A DNA stretch of 40,692 nucleotides. Origin: Ignavibacteriales bacterium. GTDB taxonomy: Bacteria > Bacteroidota > Ignavibacteria > UBA10030 > UBA6906. Below are positions 26,305 to 35,600 of the stretch, one piece after another (within the stretch, counting starts at the first letter, position 1; each line of letters starts with the position of its first letter). The stretch lies in the NCBI GenBank assembly GCA_037441705.1, contig JBBIRR010000036.1, positions 1 to 40,692 of the forward strand. Direction: 5' to 3'. The notes beneath the pieces were generated by a model. It made no database searches. It was not told the origin of the DNA and worked only from the letters and a program-made list of their open reading frames with translations. The position numbers and the translations under genes were made by a program.

Positions 26305-27805
26305 GCGTATCCAACGCAATCCGCTTGTGCTCGTCGCGATGCTTCTGACCGTCGGCAACCTCCTTGTCGTGTGGGCGTTTCGATTTCTTCCGCTCTTCGA
26401 TTATCCCATCTGGCTCTACGAGGTTCGTATCATGCGGGCTTTGTCGGAGCCGATGTTCAGCAATAGGTATGAGTTAGCAGCGGCACCGGTGCCCAACCTT
26501 GGCTTTGTGGGACCGGTGTGGATGCTGAGCTTCTTCTTTCCGCTTGAGGTGTGCGGCAAGATAGTGATCTCCCTCTGCGTCGCGGCGTTCCCGTGGGCGG
26601 TGCGGCATTGTGTGAAAGCGATGTCCGGCGGCGCTGAGAGTCCCGCGGCGTACATTGGATTTCCGTACGCCTTCAATATCTATTTCTTCGGGGCGAATGG
26701 ATTTCTTGTCGGTCTCATCCTCGCGCTAATCGTTCTTGCCTCCTTCGTGCCGCGCGTGAATCAGATGTCGAATCGCCAGTTCGTTGTGCTCAGCCTGCTC
26801 CTGCTTCTCGTGTACTTTGCGCATCTGATGGCGTTCGCGCTTCTGACTATGGCACTTGCGGGAGCGATGCTCGCACAGGAGGCGTCGCGAAGGAACCTCC
26901 GGCTGTTTCTTCTCGCACTCGTTCCCTCGGTGGTGTGCCTTGCGTGGTATGCTTTCAGCGTGCCGCCGGAAGGAGAGAAGATAGGAGGGTGGTCCCTGTG
27001 GGGACTTGCACAAAACATCTTCAAACCGATATTTCTGTTTGTCAAGAGCTACGCAATCCCCAACACGCTGCCGTTGACGGCATTGAATCTGATGTGGCTC
27101 TTCGTGCTGGCAGCATTTCTCTGGCGCCTTGTAACGGAATCACGCAAAAGGATGATCGACCGTCGCTTTGTGGTTGCGGCTTGCCTTGCCTTGATCGCGA
27201 CGGTTGGTATGCCCAAGATATTTTTCGGCGTGTACGAAGCGGGCGTTCGGTTCGGACTTCCCGCCCTCCTGTTCGTCATCCTCATGTTTTCTCGCGGCCG
27301 GACTGCTCGACACTGGGCGGCCGTTTTCGTCTTTGCTGCGTTCTGCGTGATGCTGTACAATGCAGTTCATTTCAAAAAAGTAGATGCACAGATGCAAGCG
27401 CTTTACCGAGACCTTGTGTCTCACGTCGAGCTTCGCGGAAAAAGTTTTCGTCCGGTTCGGTTCGACTATCCACCGCCGCGGGATGCCTGGGACATTGCGG
27501 CCGCGTCGGTTGATCCGTTGTTTGGCGCGGTGTACTACGCCGGACTCGAATCGGGCGGAGGTGAGGCATGGATTTTTGGGTCTGCTTTGCTGAAGAAGAG
27601 GCGCGGCAGGCAGCATCTGGAGGTTCAGGAAAACTCGAAAGACGATCTGGCGCGACAACTCCTTTCCGATCCCGCGAACCTGCCTTGCGATGTGGTTGTG
27701 CTGGTCGGGAACCATCCTGCAATCGAACAACACCTGAAACAGTATCGGGGTCCTTATCATCTCGGGAAAAATTGGACGATTCTGATGCGGAGCGTGCAGC
27801 GATGA
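26297..27805 (+). CDS. polytopic membrane protein, possibly a GT-C-fold transferase or polymerase
   Basis: ~11 TM helices, acidic first loop (PLFDYP), soluble C-terminal domain; overlaps both neighbours. Confidence 0.6.
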   Translation: MVERIQRNPLVLVAMLLTVGNLLVVWAFRFLPLFDYPIWLYEVRIMRALSEPMFSNRYELAAAPVPNLGFVGPVWMLSFFFPLEVCGKIVISLCVAAFPWAVRHCVKAMSGGAESPAAYIGFPYAFNIYFFGANGFLVGLILALIVLASFVPRVNQMSNRQFVVLSLLLLLVYFAHLMAFALLTMALAGAMLAQEASRRNLRLFLLALVPSVVCLAWYAFSVPPEGEKIGGWSLWGLAQNIFKPIFLFVKSYAIPNTLPLTALNLMWLFVLAAFLWRLVTESRKRMIDRRFVVAACLALIATVGMPKIFFGVYEAGVRFGLPALLFVILMFSRGRTARHWAAVFVFAAFCVMLYNAVHFKKVDAQMQALYRDLVSHVELRGKSFRPVRFDYPPPRDAWDIAAASVDPLFGAVYYAGLESGGGEAWIFGSALLKKRRGRQHLEVQENSKDDLARQLLSDPANLPCDVVVLVGNHPAIEQHLKQYRGPYHLGKNWTILMRSVQR

Positions 27806-28389
27806 CAAAGAAACTCCATCTTGGCTGCGGACGGAACATTCTGAGCGGGTATGTCAACGTTGACCGCGCGCCGCTGCCGGGCGTTGACTGCGTGCACGAC
27901 CTTTCTGTCTTTCCGTGGCCGTTTGCAGATCAGCAGTTCGAGCACGTGATCATGATTGATGTGCTGGAACATGTGCCGAATGTTATTCGGTCACTTGAAG
28001 AGATACACCGGATAACGGCTCCGGGCGGGCGAGTAACGATTCGCGTCCCGTACTACAACTCATGGGACGCGTCATTCGACCCGACACACGAGCATTACTT
28101 CAATGAAAACTCATTTGAGTTCTTTGACCCTTCCACCGAAACCGGCAGACAAAGGGCCTACTACACGCGAGCGAAGTTCCGAATACAGACGGTGGGGTAC
28201 CTCATTTTTCCTTTTGGCTCCTCGTATTTGTTGTGCGATTCGAGTGTGCATGCTGAAAAGCTGAGACTGCCGGATGTCTATGACAAACCGGTCATTCGTT
28301 CGACTCTTTTCAAAACTTTCTACACAAAACTGGGGCATAAGATCGGCAACATGATTCGCTCGCTGCATGTGGAGCTTATTCGTGAGTGA
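27802..28389 (+). CDS. class I SAM-dependent methyltransferase
   Basis: KLHLGCG, NVD, VHDL..FPWPF, VLEH, EIHRI..PGG, DPTH. Confidence 0.85.
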   Translation: MTKKLHLGCGRNILSGYVNVDRAPLPGVDCVHDLSVFPWPFADQQFEHVIMIDVLEHVPNVIRSLEEIHRITAPGGRVTIRVPYYNSWDASFDPTHEHYFNENSFEFFDPSTETGRQRAYYTRAKFRIQTVGYLIFPFGSSYLLCDSSVHAEKLRLPDVYDKPVIRSTLFKTFYTKLGHKIGNMIRSLHVELIRE

Positions 28390-28392
28390 CTG

Positions 28393-29514
28393 ATGCGCAT
28401 TGCGTTCGATGTCAGCTACATTCAAACCAAACCTCACGGCTACCGGCGCTATGCCACGGAGTTGCTGCATGCGCTGACGAACCTGACCGAAGGGCACCAA
28501 TGGTTGTTGCACGGTTGGTCAGCCTCGCTTGACGTGCGATGGATCGAGGCTCTCCACAAGCCGGGCGTGGAACTTTCGCTGCTGCGCGTCCCGGGCCAGC
28601 TCAAGCGATTGTACTGGAACACCGTGCGCACGCCGAGCATCGAGCGACTGCTGGGTGACTTCGACATTTTTCACAGCACCGATCCTTTGCTACCGCCGAC
28701 ACGCCGCAAGGCAATCATCACCGTCCACGATGTGGTGTATGCGAGGTTTCCGCAATGGGTCGAACGACGGGTGGTTCGATGGGGCAAGCACGTACGCAGC
28801 AACATTGCCCGCGCCGATGCCATCGTCGCCGTGTCTTCCAACACGAAACGGGACGTCGTAGAACTCTTCTCCGTACCGGAATCGAAGGTGCATGTTATCT
28901 ATCCTATCGTTTCCCCCATCTTCACTTATCACGCCGGAGACCGAGACGAGGACGTGTTGATCCGATACAATCTGCTGCAACCGTATATCCTTTTCGTTGC
29001 AACCATCGAGCCGCGAAAGAACGTCATGTGTTTACTCGAAGCGTACGATCGGATGCCGCAATCGTTGAGAAACGAAGTACGGTTGGTTTTAGTTGGAAGG
29101 CAAGGATGGAAAAGTGACGAAACGGTGCGAGCAATCCTTGCACGCCAGCGTGCAGGGCACGTGTGCTGGCTGCAGGAGGTTTCCGATGCCGAATTGCCGG
29201 CGCTGTACCGCCGTGCGCTGATGTTTGTGTACCCATCGTTGTACGAAGGCTTCGGTTTGCCGGTGGCGGAGGCGCTTGCGAGCGGCACGCCGGTCATTGC
29301 GTCCAGGGTTGCTTCGCTTCCGGAAATTGCCGGGAATGCTGCTGTGCTGGTTGAGCCGGGCGATGCGGACGCGCTGAGCACGGCCATGGCTTCGCTTGCC
29401 GACGACGGAGCACAACGACGTCACCTGCAACGACGGGGTCCTGAGCAGGCCCGTCAGTTTAGCGCTCGACACGCCGTTGAAAAGATTCTCTCCCTCTACA
29501 AAAGTTTGAGCTAA
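28393..29514 (+). CDS. GT4 glycosyltransferase (MtfB/WbaZ-like)
   Basis: ITVHD, TIEPRKN, PSLYEGFGLPVAEALASGTPV. Confidence 0.9.
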   Translation: MRIAFDVSYIQTKPHGYRRYATELLHALTNLTEGHQWLLHGWSASLDVRWIEALHKPGVELSLLRVPGQLKRLYWNTVRTPSIERLLGDFDIFHSTDPLLPPTRRKAIITVHDVVYARFPQWVERRVVRWGKHVRSNIARADAIVAVSSNTKRDVVELFSVPESKVHVIYPIVSPIFTYHAGDRDEDVLIRYNLLQPYILFVATIEPRKNVMCLLEAYDRMPQSLRNEVRLVLVGRQGWKSDETVRAILARQRAGHVCWLQEVSDAELPALYRRALMFVYPSLYEGFGLPVAEALASGTPVIASRVASLPEIAGNAAVLVEPGDADALSTAMASLADDGAQRRHLQRRGPEQARQFSARHAVEKILSLYKSLS

Positions 29515-29517
29515 GAC

Positions 29518-30636
29518 GTGCGTCTGTTAGTTGTAGATCACAATGCCCTTGAACCCGCCCATCGCAAGCTGTACGATGAGCTGGCGCGACTCGGTGACGT
29601 CACGCTTCGGCTGATTGTTCCTGCACGCTGGTTCAACGGTCTTCGCGAGCTTACGTTCACGCCGCCGGTTCAGCCTTCCGGCTACGATATTTTTTCATGT
29701 GATGTTCTGTTTCCAACTCGAACGCATCGTCTGATCTATCGTTCACTCTCCACACATCTGAAAGAATTCCGGCCTCATATCCTGTACATCAACGCCGAGC
29801 CGGAAAATTTTCAAACCTTTCAAGCAGCGCGGTTGTGTTCTTCCTCGAAAACACAACTCGTGTTCTCTTCCTGGCGCAACATTGACCACGTGCGTGAGGG
29901 GTATCCCTACAAACTTGCGTTTCTCCATCGATCCATCGAAACGTATGTGCTGAAGCGGGCGGCGCATGGGATTGTCTTCAACAATCAAGCAAAGAAGATC
30001 TTCTCGCTTCACGGCTACAATGCCACGACGGTTATCCCGCCGCCGGTGGACATGCAACTGTTCTCTTCGACGGAGCGACGAGTGAGCGATGAACACTTTG
30101 TCGTTGGCTATGTCGGCAGGCTGGTGGAAGGGAAGGGCGTTGATCTCCTGCTCGAGGCTCTCGCGTTACTGCCCGGGCATTTTCGTGCCGTGATTGTTGG
30201 CGATGGGCCGGCCGTCCGGAGCCTGAAACACCTTGCGCGTGAGCTTCGACTCACGGATCGGGTAGAATTCAAACCTCCCGTCCTGCCTACGGATCTACCT
30301 GCCATGTATGCGACGTTCGACGCTCTTGTTCTTCCATCACGAACCACCAAGCATTGGCGCGAGCAGTTCGGGCGTGTTCTTGTCGAGGCGATGGCCTGCG
30401 GGGTACCGGTGATCGGCTCGAGTTCGGGGGAGATTCCAGACGTTATCGGGGACGCGGGGCTTGTATTCAAGGAGGGGAGTGTTGAAGGTCTGCGATTGGG
30501 GCTTGAACGTCTCGCCCAGAACGAACGCCTCAGAGATGAGTTGCGGCAGAAAGGTTTGCGAAGAGTGAGAGAAAAATACGACCTGACGATCATCGCTCAA
30601 CGGATGCATCGTCTCTTCTTGAAGCTGGGAGGTTGA
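29518..30636 (+). CDS. GT4 glycosyltransferase
   Basis: VGYVGRLVEGKGV, WREQFGRVLVEAMACGVPVIGS; GTG start. Confidence 0.9.
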   Translation: MRLLVVDHNALEPAHRKLYDELARLGDVTLRLIVPARWFNGLRELTFTPPVQPSGYDIFSCDVLFPTRTHRLIYRSLSTHLKEFRPHILYINAEPENFQTFQAARLCSSSKTQLVFSSWRNIDHVREGYPYKLAFLHRSIETYVLKRAAHGIVFNNQAKKIFSLHGYNATTVIPPPVDMQLFSSTERRVSDEHFVVGYVGRLVEGKGVDLLLEALALLPGHFRAVIVGDGPAVRSLKHLARELRLTDRVEFKPPVLPTDLPAMYATFDALVLPSRTTKHWREQFGRVLVEAMACGVPVIGSSSGEIPDVIGDAGLVFKEGSVEGLRLGLERLAQNERLRDELRQKGLRRVREKYDLTIIAQRMHRLFLKLGG

Positions 30637-30718
30637 GCCGGCGCACCTGTGTCTCTCGCTTCATTGAATCTGGACTGCCAATTCCGTAGCTTCCCTGCAA
30701 CTACACACCCATTTCACA

Positions 30719-31867
30719 GTGTTTCTTCGCTTTGTCATACATCTTCTGCGGTTCAGCGGGCGGTTCCGCAAGATGCGCGACCTCTCGGGCGTCCACTCGT
30801 TGCTGGTGGTGGAACTGACGCGTCTTGGAGATGTTCTTGCAATGCTGCCCGCGATCCGCCTTCTGGCGCAGCGCTTTCCCGGTGCCCGCATCAGTCTGCT
30901 TGTTGACCAACAGTATGCATCATTTCTCCGTGTCCTCGATCTGCCCTGCGGAGTGTATGGCGTCAAGAGACCGGAAACGGTGCGAGGCTTCATGCGTGCC
31001 GTTTCTCTTGCCCGTAAACTCGAGCCGGATTTGGCGCTCAGCATGAGTCCCCCGAAGCGCAACGCTGCCGTGACCCTGGCCAGCGGTGCGGAGCGCAAAG
31101 TGGGCTATCTCACCTACGTTGATTCCCTCACGCCTTACCTTCAATCCACGCCGATAGAAGCCATCGGGTGCTCGCTTCAGCTTCGCGCATCCTACGGGAT
31201 GGAGAACATTGAAGAGCGATCGCTCAAAGTGTGCAGGGTGTTGGGCGCACACACCGATGCCGCGCAGCACAGCATCGCCGTTGATGCAGCAGCATGGAAG
31301 CGAGAGCAGGATGTGTTGTTGGGTGAACGAAAACTTCCGCGCAGGCCATTCATCGTGCTGCATCCGTTTTCCGGCTGGAGATTTCGGTCTTGGCCGTTAG
31401 AGCGCTTTGTTGACTTAGCGGATGCACTTCTCGTGGAGTTGCGGGACTACGAGGTCGTCTTCTTGTGTGAGAAGAGTGAGGCTTCACGGCTTGCACCCGT
31501 CGCGCAGCGCTACAAGGAATGTCGAGCCGTCCATGTGCTTGCGTCGGATGATCTTGTGCAGACGTCCATCGTGCTGAAGGAGGCGGCGCTGTTTGTGGGG
31601 AATGATTCAGGACCGCTGCACCTGGCTGCAGCGCTTGGCACGCGTGTCGTTGGATTGTTTGGGCCGGCTGCGCCCGACCTGACAGCGCCGCGCAGCGCGC
31701 AAGGCCGGTTCCTCTACGAGCGTGTCGAGTGTTCGCCGTGCGACCAATGTTCCTGTGTGCGGCCCGAGCGTTCGTGCATGACGTTGATCTCGACCGAGGA
31801 TGTGGTGAGAACCGTTCTCGCGCAGCTTTCCGTTCAGACTGCCGTTGAAGCCGTTGCGAATGCCTAA
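30719..31867 (+). CDS. GT9 (heptosyltransferase-like) glycosyltransferase
   Basis: RLGDV, HPFSG...WP, GNDSGPLHLAAALG, GLFGP, C-terminal CSPC..C...C cluster; start uncertain. Confidence 0.85.
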   Translation: MFLRFVIHLLRFSGRFRKMRDLSGVHSLLVVELTRLGDVLAMLPAIRLLAQRFPGARISLLVDQQYASFLRVLDLPCGVYGVKRPETVRGFMRAVSLARKLEPDLALSMSPPKRNAAVTLASGAERKVGYLTYVDSLTPYLQSTPIEAIGCSLQLRASYGMENIEERSLKVCRVLGAHTDAAQHSIAVDAAAWKREQDVLLGERKLPRRPFIVLHPFSGWRFRSWPLERFVDLADALLVELRDYEVVFLCEKSEASRLAPVAQRYKECRAVHVLASDDLVQTSIVLKEAALFVGNDSGPLHLAAALGTRVVGLFGPAAPDLTAPRSAQGRFLYERVECSPCDQCSCVRPERSCMTLISTEDVVRTVLAQLSVQTAVEAVANA

Positions 31868-32609
31868 AGTTGATATCCTCGGCGTCAGGGTGGATGTGAT
31901 TGACACGAACGGCCTGCATGGGGCGATTGCCGACAGTATAGCGCGACGCGCACGGGACATATACGCGTATGTGAACATCAACGCCATCAACATTGCGTGC
32001 GCCAGCGAGCGGTTCAAACGCTTTCTCAATAGTGCACACATTGTGTACTGCGATGGCGAAGGTGTGCGCCTGGGCGGAAAAATTCTCGGCTACCACCTTC
32101 CGCCGCGCGTCGTGCTGACGTACTGGATCTGGGAGCTGTGTGCGTTTTGCGAGGAGAGGGATTTCTCTTTCTACTTCCTCGGTGCCACAGAGCAGCATGT
32201 GCGCGAAGCTGTGGAGAGAGTTCGCGAACGGTTCCCGCGCTTGCGGATCGTCGGATTTCATCACGGCTATTTTGCCAAGCACGGAACGGAAAGTGACGCG
32301 GTCGTTGCGATGGTCAATCATGCCCGGCCGGATATTCTCGTTGTGGGTTTCGGTATGCCCATGCAGGAGTTCTGGATCGAGGAGAATCTCGATCGGCTCG
32401 ATGCGCACGTCATTCTTCCGGCGGGGTCGATGATTGACTACACGGCAGGACGGAAAGGTCTTGCTCCGAAATGGATGGCAGATCACGGCATGGAGTGGTT
32501 GTATCGCTTCTTTCAAGAACCGGGGCGCTTGTGGAAGCGGTACCTGATCGGGAATCCCTCCTTTATGATTCGTGTTCTGTCGCAACGTTTTCAAAAGGGG
32601 AGAGAGTGA
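31860..32609 (+). CDS. WecG/TagA/CpsF-family (GT26) glycosyltransferase
   Basis: ILGVRVD, DGEG, FYFLGA, HHGYF, VGFGMPMQE, APKWM...GMEWLYRF.QEP.RLWKRY. Confidence 0.92.
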   Translation: MPKVDILGVRVDVIDTNGLHGAIADSIARRARDIYAYVNINAINIACASERFKRFLNSAHIVYCDGEGVRLGGKILGYHLPPRVVLTYWIWELCAFCEERDFSFYFLGATEQHVREAVERVRERFPRLRIVGFHHGYFAKHGTESDAVVAMVNHARPDILVVGFGMPMQEFWIEENLDRLDAHVILPAGSMIDYTAGRKGLAPKWMADHGMEWLYRFFQEPGRLWKRYLIGNPSFMIRVLSQRFQKGRE

Positions 32610-35600
32610 AACTTCTTGCTGCATGTGTCGTGCTGGCGATGCACATCGTGCCGGCACCGGCGGCCATTGCTGGCGAACGCGAAGGTACTCATTCGGCGTT
32701 TTCTCTCATCGCGCAATCGGCGCAGGGTTGGGAGATACGCTATGTACCGCGGCCGCGGAGGATGACAACGGTAGAGATCGACGGCCGGACGTATTTGCGC
32801 TTTGTCGATCCGGGTACGATGCACGAGCAGGACGACGCAACAGGCAAACCCTCGCTGCCCGCAGACGCGCTCACGCTCGGCATTCCGTTCGGCGCGCAGC
32901 TTACCGCCGAGCTTGTTGATGTGGAGTTTTCTGACGCAGAGAACATCCATCTTGCCTCTCATCCGGCCTACGAGTTTACGCAAGACAACGATGCGATTGA
33001 GGTCTTCCAAAAGGACCCACGTGTCTACGCGTTGAATGCATACTTCCCCGCATCGCTGCTTGAGGTGGGAAAGCCTTTTACACTGCGTGAACAGCATCTT
33101 GCCGTCGTCAGAATCCATCCCTACCAATACAATCCTGCCGCCGCAACACTGCGGCGCATCGTGCGTGCAACGCTGCGTGTGCGGGTCGCGGCGCCGCAGG
33201 CCTCGATGGCGCAGATGTCTTCCGCCGCAGGCGATCCCTTCTTCGAGGATACATACAAGTCGCTGGTCTGGAACTACGATCAGGCAAAGCAATGGCGTCG
33301 CGCAATTCGCGACCACGGCAAGCGAGGAGACGATCCTGATCCGACACGCGATTGGTTTGAGACAGGCAGAACATATTTCAAAATTCCCATCGCCAGAGAT
33401 GGCTGGTACAAAGTCACCAGGGCCGATCTCCTTGCGGCAGGAGCCGACCTCACGTCTCTTGATATTTCCACGATCAAACTGTTTGCAAAAGGCATCCAGG
33501 TTCCGATTGTTGTACGGCCCGACACGACGATCGAGTTCTATGCGTATCGCCAGTACGGTGACTCGACGTTTTTTGATTTTTACACCGACACGAGTGCGTA
33601 CTGGTTGACGTGGGGCGGCACGACGGGAATGCGGTTTGGGCCGAGCACATCCACCGGCGTGCCGTCGGCAGCAATCATCTCCGCGCCGCACACGCTGCAT
33701 GTCGAGCAGAATTGGTCGTACTTCTACGGCGCGTCGGAACTGACAAGCGAGATAGTAGATATCAACACGGTGCCAGGCGAAGCGTGGTACTGGAGGTGGT
33801 TCAACGTCAACAATCAATTTGATTTCTCGTTCATTCTCGACTCGCTTGATGCAAGCGTCCCGACATGCTCGCTGCGCGTACGCTTATGGGGGACAAGCTA
33901 TTTCAATCCCCCCGGACCTCATCGCGCGCGCTTCTGGTTGAACGACTCGCTCATCGGGGATCTGGATTTCAATCAACGGCAGGCGGCATTGTTAAATGTT
34001 GCGCTCCCCGCACGCTGGTTCAGAGAGGGGACGAATACGCTCCGCGTCCGCAACCTCGATCTCGGTCAGGGGAATACCAGGTTCTATCTCGATTGGTTTG
34101 AGATTGATGATCAACGGATGTTGAGCGCCGTGGATAATCAACTCCTCTTCGTCGGTACCAATCCTTCCGGAATGAATCCTGTTGAGTTCGTCGTGAAAGG
34201 GTTCAGCACGCCGGAGATAGAAGTGTACGATCTCACGAACGCCCGTGCACTTGGCGGCGTTGTGATTTCCGGTGATTCGACGTCCGGCTATACCGCAACA
34301 TTTCGCGATTCGGTGACCGCCCCACGCACCTACATTGCTGTTGCCAGACCGGGCGCGTTACCCGTTCTTTCGTTGCGGCAGAAGATGTTTGCCGATATCC
34401 GCGTCAATGCCACCGGCGCCGACTACATCGTGATTACGCATCGGAACTTCATGGCGCAGGCCAACCAGCTTGCTGCTCACCGCCAGACGACGAACGGCGT
34501 CCGCACCCGGGTGATTGACGTGGAGGATATTTATGATGAATTCAATTACGGCATCTTTAGCGCAATACCGATAAAGACGTTCCTTCGCTATGCGTTTGCG
34601 CATTGGCCTTCGCCGTCACCGGCATTTGTCCTGCTGTTCGGCGATGCGTCGAATGACTTCCACAAGTACTACGGTGCAAGTTCCATCAAGAGCAACTTCG
34701 TTCCCGCATACGGTTTCCCGACGGCAGATAACTGGTATGCCTGCTTCGATTCGACCTATCCCTTCCTTCCGTCGCTTGTCATTGGGAGAATCCCGAGTGA
34801 GAACGTTGCGCAAGCACAGATTGCCGTGAACAAAGCCATCGGCTTCGACGCGCATTCGATAGCGGAATGGAACAAGCGATTCCTGTACATCACCGGCGGC
34901 GTTACGCTGAGTGAACAAGCGGCGTTCAATTTCCTCGCCGAGAATTCCATCAACACATACATCACGCCCCCGCCGTTTGGCGGAACGCCGGTGCGCGTCT
35001 ACAAATCGACGCCCGGGTACGTGGATGGAGAGAACAAACAGAAACTCAAGCAGATCATTCGTGATGGGGTGTCGTTCATCAGTTTCACGGGGCATTCCGG
35101 CGGGCGTATCTGGGGGGTGGATGCGGGCCATCCGAACGAGATGGAAAACACGAACGGCCGACTTCCCTTTATCTCGTCGGTGACGTGCAATGTGGGCGGG
35201 TTTGCGACTCCGTTCAACAGCGTGCTGGCTGAAGATTTTTTGTTTGCCGACAACCGCGGCGCCATTGCCTCGTGGGCATCGTCGTGGGTTGGGTACGCGA
35301 CCTATGGCGCTGCGCTCACCAATTACTGGCTTGCGCATGCGACGCAGGATTCGGTGCGTGAGTTAGGCAAACTCTGCACGAACGCGTGCATTCGTCTGTG
35401 GATCGAAACGGGATCGGGATACGTCACCATCGCGATGGTCAATCTCAATCCCTTGATCGGCGACCCGTTGTCGAGATTTGCCGTGCCGCGCAAGCCCGAG
35501 CTTGCCATCGCGCCCGACGATATTTCCCTCAACACCCCTTATCCAACGCCGAACGATTCCATCCTGACCATCCGTCTGAACATCCACAACTACGGATTGG

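Noticed and set aside
30649-30725. Possible frameshifted N-terminal extension of the GT9 gene (LNLDCQFRSFPATTHPFHS...)
   Set aside because: The GT9 domain is complete from GTG 30719; without homolog alignment there is no evidence the upstream frame belongs to it
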